NCBI GenBank assembly: GCA_963845065.1
Contig: CAWJQQ010000002.1
Coordinates: 64,001 to 128,000, forward strand
Length of the DNA stretch: 64,000 bases
Reading direction: 5' to 3'
Origin: Nitrospirota bacterium
GTDB lineage: Bacteria > Nitrospirota > UBA9217
Shown here: one piece after another, positions 33,053-42,738 of the stretch
Layout: every line of letters starts with the position of its first letter
Position numbering within the stretch: the first letter of the stretch is position 1
Translations under genes and position numbers: made by a program
Notes under the pieces: generated by a model
Told to the model about the DNA's origin: nothing
What the model saw: only the letters and a program-made list of their open reading frames with translations
Database searches by the model: none

Positions 33053-33511
33053 TCACACTTCAACTTTTACTACGATCTTCGTAACAGCCGAGGCTTTCCC
33101 GAACGCTAATCTCGGGGCATGTCCGTCCTCGGGGTAGAACACTACAACCCGTCCAGCCTGAAGAGAGAGGGGCGTCCAATCCCCTGCTTCCGCGGAGCCA
33201 AAAGCGACGTCTTTATCGGCATCGTACGCTTCAGTGATTCTTATGCCCTCTACTGGCACCCAGCCGATGATCTCCTTGCCGGATGCGATAAACTGAACGT
33301 CGATATATTTTTTGTGGTACTCGAACTTCGGGGATCCCGTGTCAATTGTCTCATACCGCTGTACGATTGCAAATACTTTTTGGCCGTCAATCTGTATCCT
33401 CCCGTCGGAAAGGTCGTGCATACCGCGTAAACGCAAAAACTCGATCGCCTTCTCAAAAGATAGCGTCCTCGCAAGCTGGTGCCCGATGTGTTTGAGGTCA
33501 GATACGATCAC
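33053..33511 (-). CDS. YhcH/YjgK/YiaL family protein
   Basis: FEYHKKYIDVQ, FYPEDGHAP, KIVVKV. Confidence 0.9.
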   Translation of the reverse strand: MIVSDLKHIGHQLARTLSFEKAIEFLRLRGMHDLSDGRIQIDGQKVFAIVQRYETIDTGSPKFEYHKKYIDVQFIASGKEIIGWVPVEGIRITEAYDADKDVAFGSAEAGDWTPLSLQAGRVVVFYPEDGHAPRLAFGKASAVTKIVVKVEV

Positions 33512-33691
33512 AGTGAAGCTCCTTGCCCAACCTTTCCGGATTAAATCAGTTCGCGAACAAGTTCGACTTTGCTTGAAGATGGAAACAATCTCGATTCATG
33601 GCATTTTAATGCCAAAATAATTAGCGTATGTTTGCATTTTCGCGATCAAGGTTTTTCGTTGTCTTTAAAAATATATTTTTTAATTATTTCG

Positions 33692-34408
33692 CTACAGTCC
33701 CTTTGCGATCTGGTCCTTAATGAATCCCCTGATAAAAACCTTGTCCTCCGGGCCGATGCTGGTGAACTGCATCCCCATGCCCGGTTGTTTGTGTTGCCCG
33801 CCGATTTTCACCGAACTGTAGTGAACTTCAGCCTTCACTGTGACTTGTCTATTTGTAAAGAAGATCTTAAGGGTCAGGATAGTTTTCACCGCCTCAGGCG
33901 TCAGTGTCTGTATGTATAAGCCGCCCTCGGACAGGGACGTCACAGTTTCCATCCGTTTGCCCGCGCCCGATGCCGTCCCATTGCCTACCTCGACTTTGAG
34001 AGACGTTTCGATGCGTATGGTGCTGCGCGGTGTTGCTTCAGTAGCCGCCTGGATTGCCCGGTATAGGGCGTCCGGCTCAGCGGGTTTATTAAAATATCCT
34101 ATGCAGCCCATGGCCTTGCATTCTGCCTGGACGCCATCTATGCTGTTGGAAGCGTGAATGATAACGGGGATGGCCTTCAGCCGGGGGTCCTTCCTTATCT
34201 CTTTCAGGAAGGCCATGCCGCTCATGTTAGGAAGTGTTGTATCGGTAATGACAAGTGCGGGCAGTGATTCACTCATCGCCCGCAGCGCAAGTTCTGCTGT
34301 GGTGGCAGTACGTACGGTGTATTTGAGCTTTCTAAACATCGTCGCCATATAGAACAGATACGTGGCGCTACTGTCAACAATCATTAGAGAATGCTTCTGA
34401 CTATCCAT
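33692..34408 (-). CDS. Response regulator with C-terminal PilZ domain
   Basis: REC domain followed by RSTIR and SLSEGG, ending PGMGMQF; start at MDSQK after GGAGG. Confidence 0.85.
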   Translation of the reverse strand: MDSQKHSLMIVDSSATYLFYMATMFRKLKYTVRTATTAELALRAMSESLPALVITDTTLPNMSGMAFLKEIRKDPRLKAIPVIIHASNSIDGVQAECKAMGCIGYFNKPAEPDALYRAIQAATEATPRSTIRIETSLKVEVGNGTASGAGKRMETVTSLSEGGLYIQTLTPEAVKTILTLKIFFTNRQVTVKAEVHYSSVKIGGQHKQPGMGMQFTSIGPEDKVFIRGFIKDQIAKGL

Positions 34409-34654
34409 GTGAAACCTCCAATCCGCAAAAAAGCCTGTAGCCCGAGAAACCAACTGGCCACAGTTCAGCACCGCAAAAGTTAAAATTCGATTGGCCCGAG
34501 AATTGCGGATGACCTATACCTGGTAGTTACTGTACCTTAGGGACAGATAAATAGCAAGAACCGATGGGGTATTTTGGGGGGATGGGGGTTTCTAGCGTTT
34601 TTTTCTAACTGTTTTTTTTTCGGACTGTTTCTGTGAGTTCGCTCGTTCTTACCG

Positions 34655-35149
34655 TTACCTGCTTTGGAAATGTTTCAGCAGCTCTTCCCTGTATTCCTCC
34701 GCTGTCGCCTTCCCCCTTCCGCTTTTTATCGCGTAGAGGTAATTTTCGAAGTGGCTCTTAAGCTCGTCGAGCGTTTGGCACGTCTTCAGTGATTCTATGA
34801 GCGACAAGCCCATCGCTCCTACCGCATCATTGAGCGTGTTAACCATGAAGGCTTTTGCCAGTTTTATCTTTTCCTTTTCTTCATCAGGCGTGATTACACC
34901 GGCAGGGACTCCGGTCTTTTTCATGATGAAACCTTTTTGCTCTAGGTCTGCCAGCACCGCGGCCACCCCTTCCAGCGTCGAGAATTGCTTGAAAATGTCC
35001 GCCCGTGTTTTTTTCCCGTCGACAACTATGAGGAGCGTGCGAAACTTCTGAGGCAGTCCGTTTTTTCTTGTCTGGATCTCCTCAACGCCTTTCTCAGTCT
35101 TCTCGTAAACAATCGCCTCATCTGACTGTTGATTCATGTTGTCGCCCAT
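34655..35149 (-). CDS. Hypothetical protein (possible winged-helix-like N-terminus)
   Basis: YEKTEKGVEEI..RTLLIVVDGK..LEQKGFI; RBS GGGAG. Confidence 0.7.
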   Translation of the reverse strand: MGDNMNQQSDEAIVYEKTEKGVEEIQTRKNGLPQKFRTLLIVVDGKKTRADIFKQFSTLEGVAAVLADLEQKGFIMKKTGVPAGVITPDEEKEKIKLAKAFMVNTLNDAVGAMGLSLIESLKTCQTLDELKSHFENYLYAIKSGRGKATAEEYREELLKHFQSR

Positions 35150-35301
35150 TGTATCTCCCATGAATTATTCATCGTTCTCGTTCGACCTGAGAAGACCTCA
35201 TAAAACCATTTTATCACTGCTCTATTTTCCCGCTCTTCTGCATGCAGGCCGGCCAGAAGGTATATGTATTTCCTTTTCGCGGCCCAATGACGTTTCCACA
35301 T

Positions 35302-38274
35302 CTAGCGCCAGCCTAACCGAACGCGTCGGTTTTGAATTTCTGACTTAACGAGGTCTGCTACGCCGCCAATGGTATCGGCGAATTCTCTATAATCCTTTTC
35401 AGAAGCAGGAAGGAAACCGGTACAATCTTTCCCAAGCGATTGAAGGATCTGGATGTCCTTTTCATTTGTCGTGTTAAGGGACGTCAGTATGGTTCTTAGG
35501 CGTTCCCGCGTTTCGTCATCAACAGAAGAATTGCAGCATATATTGAATTCCGGTATCTCGATGGAGACCGTGAGTATTCGCAAGCCATCAGCCAGATGCT
35601 TCTGTGCTGCTTCTTCGATGAGTACGGCTGCATCGATGTTCCCGTCGAGCACGGCTTTGATCAGCTGGTCATGCTTTCCGATGAATTCAATGTGTCTGAG
35701 ATCTGCAGCCGTCATGCCGGCATCCTTCAGCATCGCAAGCGGAATAGCATGGCTGGTCGCTGACCCGATGCTGCCGAAAGCAAAACGTTTTCCCTTTAAG
35801 TCGGTCACCGACTGAATGGGAGAATTTTTCCGGACCACGATGGCAGCGCGGTGGAATGGTTTTTCCTTCCGAAGTGCTTTCGCAATGACGATGACACCGT
35901 ATTTCCTCTGCGCTTCGACGTAGTTTGTCGGGCCCATGGCGCAGATTTGCGTTATGTTATCGCCCAGGTCCTTCTCGGCGCTTTCCATGTCGATTGCCAC
36001 CTTCAAATCGACTCGCCTGTCAAGTTGCGCGGCAAGATGGTCAGAGAGCGGTTTGAATTTTTTGTACATTTCCGACGGTTCCTGGAGCGGTACGACTCCG
36101 AAACGAAGCGAGAGGCCCCTTGTTTCGTGAAACGAGAACCGCTCCATCTCTGCCCCGAGAAGTTCCGCATCTTTCTGAAGATTCCAGAGCGTTTTGCTGA
36201 TGTTGAAGGCAAGGTTCTCGTTTTCCACGGGAATATCTTTGACAGCATCGATGCTTCTTTGTATACTTCGCGACGCGTTCCGGTGTTCGCTGAGAGACCT
36301 TGAGATCTGATTGCTTCTTTCTGAAGCATCCTGGGTGGTCTGTGCGATCTGTTCGCTGCTCGCTGCCTGCTCTTCCGTTGCTTTACTTACCTGGGCGGTG
36401 AGCTTTTTCATGTTTTCCGCCGCCTCTGCGATGAGGGTTACTTCCCGCGACTGTTCGCCAGTGGTCCTGGCGATATCACCGACCATTTTTTTCACATGCC
36501 TGGAGGCTTCTTCCACGAGTGCCGTCGATTTTACCTGCTCTTCAGTGGCCCTGCGGATGGAGAGGGTCATTGCTGAAGCCCGCTTCGAACTGTCCAGGAT
36601 CCTCCTGAGCGCGTCCTCCCCGGCCTTCGCAAGCCGCGTTCCCTCTTCTACAACGGGAATGCCTCGCTTTACCAGTTTTCCTGCATCGTTCATTTCCCGC
36701 TGGACGGCTTGTATGAGTGCTGCGATCTCCCGTGTTGAATTCTCGGTCTTGTCCGAGAGGTCCTTGATTTTTTTGGCCACGACTGCGAACCCCTTGCCGT
36801 GCTCGCCTGCCTGAGCCGCAAGGATTGCCGCGTTCAATGACAGCAGATTCGTTTCCTCGTTGACCGACTCGATCACGCCGACGATCATTTCAATTTCCTG
36901 CGATCTCTTTCCCAGTGATTCGATGGCCGCGGCGGAATCGTTGGCCGACAGCGCTATCTCTTTCATGCCCGCGATCGTTTTCATGATCGAATCAAGCCCG
37001 ATCGTCGCTGCCTCGGTGGTCACTTGTTCTGAAAGGTCCGCCGATTCTTTTGCATGGGTCTCGACCTCCCGAACAGACGCCGCAATCTGGATGATAGCTG
37101 TGCTGGTCTCCACCGACGCGTCCTCCAAATCCTCGGAATTTTTGGCCACGGTGCGGATGGCATTCGAGAGCTGTTCGATAGAGACTGTCGTCGATGACGC
37201 GAGTCCATTCAGATCCTGGATGCTGGCGTTGATCATCTTGATGCTTGCGGCCATTTGCTCGATCGCGGAGGAAACGGACTCCGATGCGGACACGAGGCCA
37301 TCCGTATTGCCGGCTATCTCGTCAATGGTGGCGTTCAGTTCCGCGACAGCGCTCGATATGGCGCTTGTTGCTTCCGCTTCCGTTTCAGACCCGGAAAGAA
37401 CTTTTTCCGTCGTCTTTTCAACCTCGACGACGACCGAGTGTATCCTGCCCGACAGCTCCTTGATCCGCTGGAGCACCCCCTCCATGGTTATAAAGGACTG
37501 CTTCAGGAGCATTCCAGCCCGCCCGATCTCGTCACCGCTTTCTAACGTCACATCGAATGTCAGGTCTCCCTGCGAAACTTTCCTGGCCGCCTGCTCGATA
37601 GATTTGATCGGTGCGATAATTGATCTTCGTACGATGAATAGATTGATGATGACAATGAGACATATTGCTGCACCAAGCAGCACGTCGAGCGATACAAGTA
37701 TTGACCGATACGCACCAACCGACCTTTCAAAAGTCATTGTGCCGCTTCTGTCACCCTCATCATTGAGCGATTGCAGCTGGCCCATGATCGATGCAAATCG
37801 TTCATCAGCCATGGCCAGGACCTGCCGGACTAAAACCGCATCAGGTTTCTTCACGTCGCGAACGCGCTCGATCAACTGCTGGTATTGTTGCAAATCGGAG
37901 ATAAGGTTACGATATGTATTCTGTGATTCTGCAGTCAAGCGGCCAGAACCGGCCGCAGCCGTCAGCGTTTGATTAATGGACTGCAAGGTGGCCTCGTCCT
38001 TTTGCAGAAGGTTCACCCGATCCGCATTTGATCCCGCGTTGGTGTTTCGAAATAAACGCAAAAGGTCCGCATGAGTATTCGCAATATCATAGGTAATGGT
38101 TGCATTTCGTTCCACATCCTTGAATTGATAGGAATAGAGTTCTGCAGAGATTTCCTTTTGGCGGGTTAGTCCGGAGATGGCAATTACTGTCAGACAGCCA
38201 ACAATGGAAATGAAGACAAGTGATGTTAAAAGAAGTTTTGTCGAAATAGAGAGATTTTTTACAGCGCGCCACAT
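35302..38274 (-). CDS. Long MCP fused to a C-terminal phosphate/phosphite/phosphonate-binding (PhnD-like) domain
   Basis: 2 TM helices, HAMP, extended signalling domain (TNLLSLNAAILAAQAGEHG); C-terminal RFGVVP..DLKGKRFAFGSIGSATSH. Confidence 0.88.
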   Translation of the reverse strand: MWRAVKNLSISTKLLLTSLVFISIVGCLTVIAISGLTRQKEISAELYSYQFKDVERNATITYDIANTHADLLRLFRNTNAGSNADRVNLLQKDEATLQSINQTLTAAAGSGRLTAESQNTYRNLISDLQQYQQLIERVRDVKKPDAVLVRQVLAMADERFASIMGQLQSLNDEGDRSGTMTFERSVGAYRSILVSLDVLLGAAICLIVIINLFIVRRSIIAPIKSIEQAARKVSQGDLTFDVTLESGDEIGRAGMLLKQSFITMEGVLQRIKELSGRIHSVVVEVEKTTEKVLSGSETEAEATSAISSAVAELNATIDEIAGNTDGLVSASESVSSAIEQMAASIKMINASIQDLNGLASSTTVSIEQLSNAIRTVAKNSEDLEDASVETSTAIIQIAASVREVETHAKESADLSEQVTTEAATIGLDSIMKTIAGMKEIALSANDSAAAIESLGKRSQEIEMIVGVIESVNEETNLLSLNAAILAAQAGEHGKGFAVVAKKIKDLSDKTENSTREIAALIQAVQREMNDAGKLVKRGIPVVEEGTRLAKAGEDALRRILDSSKRASAMTLSIRRATEEQVKSTALVEEASRHVKKMVGDIARTTGEQSREVTLIAEAAENMKKLTAQVSKATEEQAASSEQIAQTTQDASERSNQISRSLSEHRNASRSIQRSIDAVKDIPVENENLAFNISKTLWNLQKDAELLGAEMERFSFHETRGLSLRFGVVPLQEPSEMYKKFKPLSDHLAAQLDRRVDLKVAIDMESAEKDLGDNITQICAMGPTNYVEAQRKYGVIVIAKALRKEKPFHRAAIVVRKNSPIQSVTDLKGKRFAFGSIGSATSHAIPLAMLKDAGMTAADLRHIEFIGKHDQLIKAVLDGNIDAAVLIEEAAQKHLADGLRILTVSIEIPEFNICCNSSVDDETRERLRTILTSLNTTNEKDIQILQSLGKDCTGFLPASEKDYREFADTIGGVADLVKSEIQNRRVRLGWR

Positions 38275-38760
38275 AGTGTCACTTCCATTGAATTTCGGTA
38301 GACGCTAGCGTGTGCATTTCGCTGCTGGTCATTTTTTACCGCGATATCCCGACTCTTATAGGAGAGCAGGCCTTCAGAATAGAGGATGCCCGGGAAACTT
38401 TCCTTTGCCCGGCATTGATTAATCGCGTTTCCATTCGAAGCATACTTTTAACAAATTGAAAGATAAAAAAGCCCTAAAAAAACCTTTTTGTTACATTAAA
38501 GTACTATAGTATTTTGAAAAAGGCAAGGGATTTACTGAATTTTAAATTTGCAACTTGCGTGTTCTAAAGAATTATTATTATATGGCTAGTTGCGAGGCGT
38601 TGCAACAAGAACACTAATCATGCGACGCACCGGTTTAGCCGGTGGCTTAAAAAGCCTAATATTGAGGCATAGTTACGTGCTCTGTCAATAAGCGGTATCT
38701 ATTCTTTCTGTAAGGAATGCCCACTTCATTACTAATTATTATAGTTAATACAAATTTAAC

Positions 38761-38789
38761 TTGACAGCTCAGCAAATAAACAGTATAAT
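38761..38789 (+). promoter_or_regulatory. Consensus sigma70 promoter
   Basis: TTGACA-N17-TATAAT. Confidence 0.8.
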
Positions 38790-38865
38790 ATGTTCTAGAA
38801 TATAAATAATTGTCAGACATTTTCATGCTGTCGCATGCATAACTAATGGCACAAGGAGGACTTTT

Positions 38866-39081
38866 ATGATGACCCTGGCAGAAATGGTAGTGAAAAATAT
38901 AAATGGAAAAGTGCCGCTCGGCGTTCTGCTCCTCGCCGACGAAGTTATAATTCCTCAGGATCTTGACTTAGCCCTCGAACACCAGAAATACAGTAAAGAG
39001 CGGCTCGGTGAAATATTGATCAAGATCGGCGCAATGGAACATAATGATCTCGATAAGGCCTTGAAGCTGCAGAGCAGATAG
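38866..39081 (+). CDS. Stand-alone MshEN-like (c-di-GMP-binding) small protein
   Basis: Two 24-aa motifs, PLGVLL..ALEHQ and RLGEILIKIG..ALKLQ, with a 5-aa spacer; RBS AAGGAGG. Confidence 0.75.
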   Translation: MMTLAEMVVKNINGKVPLGVLLLADEVIIPQDLDLALEHQKYSKERLGEILIKIGAMEHNDLDKALKLQSR

Positions 39082-39400
39082 CTTTCTCACAAGGAAATGA
39101 TTACCAGTATTGAGCAACAAAGGTTGTCGCTTGTATCATCAAGCAAGCGCCAAACGTCCGATCGGGGAGATCCACGTTCCCTGTTCGAGGTGCAGCATTC
39201 CATCTGCGCCCTAGGCAAAGAACAGTCGTCGCTTAGCCTGCCAGGCTGATGGAATAAGTAAAACATCAATGAGCTTTCAGCTGCTCTATTGTGACTCAGA
39301 ATAACCCTAGTAGTCCAAAATGGTCTATTCAGATTGAACTCCTTAGCAACTTCGCTTCAAACAAGATAATTTTAACCCTTTATTATCAGTCTCTTCATTC

Positions 39401-39416
39401 TGGCAGCACTTTTGCT
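39401..39416 (+). promoter_or_regulatory. Putative sigma54 promoter
   Basis: TGGCAGCACTTTTGCT (GG-N10-GC). Confidence 0.55.
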
Positions 39417-39532
39417 TCATTATTATATAAGTTTAGTACTCCAATGTGCTTGTGAATATTCTTCGACTGCATTAAAGACGTGCTTGCAAAAAAAAATTTT
39501 GTTTCAGAATGGCCGAAGATTAGGGAGGAAAC

Positions 39533-39880
39533 ATGAAAATCTTACAAAATATCTTAATTCGCTTCGTATTGATTAGTGTATTGTTGCTGGCCGGTTTTGC
39601 GGCCGGTTTCCCGATCGGGCAGAGCGTTGGATTTTCCACGGGCAGTGAGTGGGCGATTATTCAGGCGGACCTTGTGGCGCGAGAAGCGGGTTTGTTAATG
39701 CCTATTACCTATGAAGCGGGAAAATTCCGTGTCGTCATCAAACAGCCGCCGCACCTGTATAGACACGCATGGAGACTTGCCGACCGGCACGACACAGCAA
39801 TGAACTATGTAAATACAGGCGAGAAGACGTTGAGTGAAACTATTGGCCTGACGAGAAACACCGATTATATTACCCAATAG
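39533..39880 (+). CDS. Hypothetical membrane-anchored protein
   Basis: N-terminal hydrophobic helix; RBS GGGAGG. Confidence 0.7.
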   Translation: MKILQNILIRFVLISVLLLAGFAAGFPIGQSVGFSTGSEWAIIQADLVAREAGLLMPITYEAGKFRVVIKQPPHLYRHAWRLADRHDTAMNYVNTGEKTLSETIGLTRNTDYITQ

Positions 39881-40164
39881 TGATGGCTCTTACTGCGAAG
39901 CCGGATTATCCGCAACTGCTTTTTATTATGCAATCAGTCGTGCTCATGCTCGCGCTCTGGGAGTTGCGTTTCCGTGGTTTGAATTCTACGGTCATGAACA
40001 TAACCGCAAAAGCGATTGCAGCGGCGGTTTCGCGGTTGAATGACGAATGCTGCTGAAAATTTTGGCTCTCAGCTCGGCTTGCTGCCGTCTAACGAAAGAA
40101 GCGTTGAAGGCGGCGGTCTCAGTGCGTTTTACGTCTAGCATGGGGAATGCGCGGACAGTATAGT

Positions 40165-42693
40165 TCAACTACCGCGTGGCTTCGCGCGGCGGGTAGGTAT
40201 GGCATTCCAGGGATCGTCCGGCCAAGGATGTTTTGGGTACCGCCCTTTCAAATCTTTCTTAACCTGTTCATATGACGTATCCCAGAATCCTTTTAAATCC
40301 TGGGTGATCTGGACCGGCCTACGGGCAGGCGAGAGCAGGTGCAATACTAGTTTTATCCGGCCTCCGGCAATCGCCGGCGTATCTGCAAGTCCGAACATTT
40401 CCTGCAACTTGACGGCGAGAACCGGCTGATCCCCTAAAGTATAATCGAGCGCTACGGTGGAACCGCTCGGAACAATAATGGATAAAGGCGCTTGTTCATC
40501 CAGAAGGCGCTGCTGTTTCCATGAAAGTCGGGCCCTGATTGCCGGGAGGACATTCAGCGCGCTCAAGCCTTGTGCACTGCGAATTCCACCAAGCCAGGAC
40601 GCTAACCATTCCTCGGGATGTTGAAATAGTTCTTCATCAGAAACATCCGGCCAGGCCTCCTCCGGAAAGGACCTCTTCAACAAACCTACCCTTGCCTGAA
40701 ACTGGCGTGCTTCCCGGCTGAAGGTTAAGATGCCGGGGGTCATACGGATGGTTTCGCAGAGAATCGGCGTGGCCTCTGCGTCGGCTGGGATGAAAGTCTT
40801 TTTTGCAAAGAGTAACGCTCCGTACCGGTCTTCAATAGCAGCAGTAATCCTATTTTCCTTCCAGTCCCATTCCACCTTTCTGACGGTCTCGATACATGAT
40901 GCACATTCGCTCCGGATAAGCTCCTCTTCCACGGGAGCAGCAATGTGCACAAACCCTTCCGCTTTCTCACCCGCATCGACGACAACAGCTATAAGATAAG
41001 GGCTGCTTCCGAGGTGGCTGTTCAGGGAGAGACGGACTCCCCGCCCCTGGACGTGGATAAAACGACCTCCCCCCTCTTCGCGCCGTTTGCAGATCCTATC
41101 AGGAAATGCAGTGAGCAATAGTCTGGAAACTGCTTCCTGATCAATAGTATCGCGTATGGGCTTCTCCTCTGTCCTGGCTGTCAAACGTGAAAGCTGTTTT
41201 GAGGTTCTTTCCACGGTGCGGAGCACGGAGCGATCTGCACGAGAGTCGGTGTCTTTTCCCGTTCGCCAGCAATGGAGTGATTCAATCCGTCCCATAATAT
41301 CGGGTTCATCGATCTTACGGTCCGCTACGCTGTGCCGGAAAATGTCACGCTCCGTCAGGATGGCGGCAAGGTCAGCGCCAAGGCCTGGACAGCCCAGTTC
41401 CTGCGCACGCGTCATCAAGCGGCCCAACCGGGGGTGCAGCGGCAGACGTGCCATGGCACTGCCCACGGCAGTGACAGATCTTGATTTGTCGAGGGCGCCG
41501 AGTTCCTGCAGCAGAGAGACCGCCGAATCCCAGGCAGCCGAAGGAGGCGCATCGAGCCACGAAAGTTCGTGCGCTTCTTTAACGCCCCAGACGGCAAGTT
41601 CCAGAACGAGTTGGGAAAGGTCTGAGAGCAGCATTTCCGGCTGGGTAAAGGGCAACATGCTGTGAAGGTCATGACTTCCGTAGAGTCGATAACATACGCC
41701 GGGCCCAAGTCGTCCTGCCCTGCCTTTGCGCTGTTCCGCCGATGCGCGGGAAACCGGCACGGTCACGAGCCGGTTCATCCCTGTCGAGGGATCGTAACGG
41801 AGCATTCGCGTCTGGCCGCTGTCAATGACAACTTGAACGCCCTCGATCGTGAGGCTCGTCTCTGCAATGTTCGTGGCAAGCACGACCTTCCGTGCATCCT
41901 TTGACGGCATGATTGCGCGCTCCTGTTCATCGAACGGGAGGTCACCGTAAAGCGGATGTAGGGTAATGCGGTCATTATCGAGGTCCACTGTTTCATGTAA
42001 TTCCTTTACGCATGCCCTGATCTCTCCTGACCCGGGAAGGAACACTAGGATGTCGCCCTGTGTCTCCTTCAGCGCAATCCTGACGGCACGGGCAACACGC
42101 ATAGAAAGCATCCCGGTATTGTTCTCGAGATACCGTTCCTCCACGGGATATGCCTTTCCAGTGGACGTGATGACCAGTGCATTACCGAGAAGTTTTGCAA
42201 TAGGTCCATAGTCAAGTGTGGCGGACATGACCATAATTTTAAGGTCGGGTCGCAAGCTTTTGCGGACGTCGAGGCAGAGTGCAAGCGCAAGGTCTGCATG
42301 GAGGCTTCGTTCATGGAACTCGTCGAAAATAACCATAGCTGTATCTTCGAGGCCGGGATCGGATTGAATACGGCGGGTAAGGATCCCCTCGGTAACGACC
42401 TCAATGCGGGTTTTCCCGGACTTCTTCGCATCGAAGCGGATGGCATAGCCGACAGTAGCTCCCACTTCTTCGCCCATCGATTTCGCCATCCACCGTGCAG
42501 CAGAAACAGCGGCGATCCTGCGCGGTTCGAGCATGACGATACGACCCTGTTCAGGGGGGACAGCCTTAAGGAGCGCTAGCGGGACACGGGTTGTTTTGCC
42601 TGCACCGGGCGGGGCATGCAAAACGACCGATGGGTTTGCTGTGATGGCTGCCATCAGTTTAGCCAGAATAGCGTCTATAGGATAGGAAATCAT
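40165..42693 (-). CDS. hrpB: ATP-dependent RNA helicase HrpB
   Basis: APPGAGKTT, DEFHERS, MSAT, QRKGRAGR, KGRYPKHPWP; start reassigned to MISYP. Confidence 0.97.
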   Translation of the reverse strand: MISYPIDAILAKLMAAITANPSVVLHAPPGAGKTTRVPLALLKAVPPEQGRIVMLEPRRIAAVSAARWMAKSMGEEVGATVGYAIRFDAKKSGKTRIEVVTEGILTRRIQSDPGLEDTAMVIFDEFHERSLHADLALALCLDVRKSLRPDLKIMVMSATLDYGPIAKLLGNALVITSTGKAYPVEERYLENNTGMLSMRVARAVRIALKETQGDILVFLPGSGEIRACVKELHETVDLDNDRITLHPLYGDLPFDEQERAIMPSKDARKVVLATNIAETSLTIEGVQVVIDSGQTRMLRYDPSTGMNRLVTVPVSRASAEQRKGRAGRLGPGVCYRLYGSHDLHSMLPFTQPEMLLSDLSQLVLELAVWGVKEAHELSWLDAPPSAAWDSAVSLLQELGALDKSRSVTAVGSAMARLPLHPRLGRLMTRAQELGCPGLGADLAAILTERDIFRHSVADRKIDEPDIMGRIESLHCWRTGKDTDSRADRSVLRTVERTSKQLSRLTARTEEKPIRDTIDQEAVSRLLLTAFPDRICKRREEGGGRFIHVQGRGVRLSLNSHLGSSPYLIAVVVDAGEKAEGFVHIAAPVEEELIRSECASCIETVRKVEWDWKENRITAAIEDRYGALLFAKKTFIPADAEATPILCETIRMTPGILTFSREARQFQARVGLLKRSFPEEAWPDVSDEELFQHPEEWLASWLGGIRSAQGLSALNVLPAIRARLSWKQQRLLDEQAPLSIIVPSGSTVALDYTLGDQPVLAVKLQEMFGLADTPAIAGGRIKLVLHLLSPARRPVQITQDLKGFWDTSYEQVKKDLKGRYPKHPWPDDPWNAIPTRRAKPRGS

Positions 42694-42738
42694 AGGGATG
42701 TGTGGAACGGATCGCTCACAATAAATCCTCTTTACGGG

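Noticed and set aside
38627..38645. CACCGGTTTAGCCGGTG hairpin as a REP element or c-di-GMP riboswitch
   Set aside because: A single short palindrome in the window; it lacks the two-stem GEMM signature.
40080..40160. GTCTAAC as an integron attC site
   Set aside because: No matching GTTRRRY end with internal symmetry, and no integrase or cassette array.
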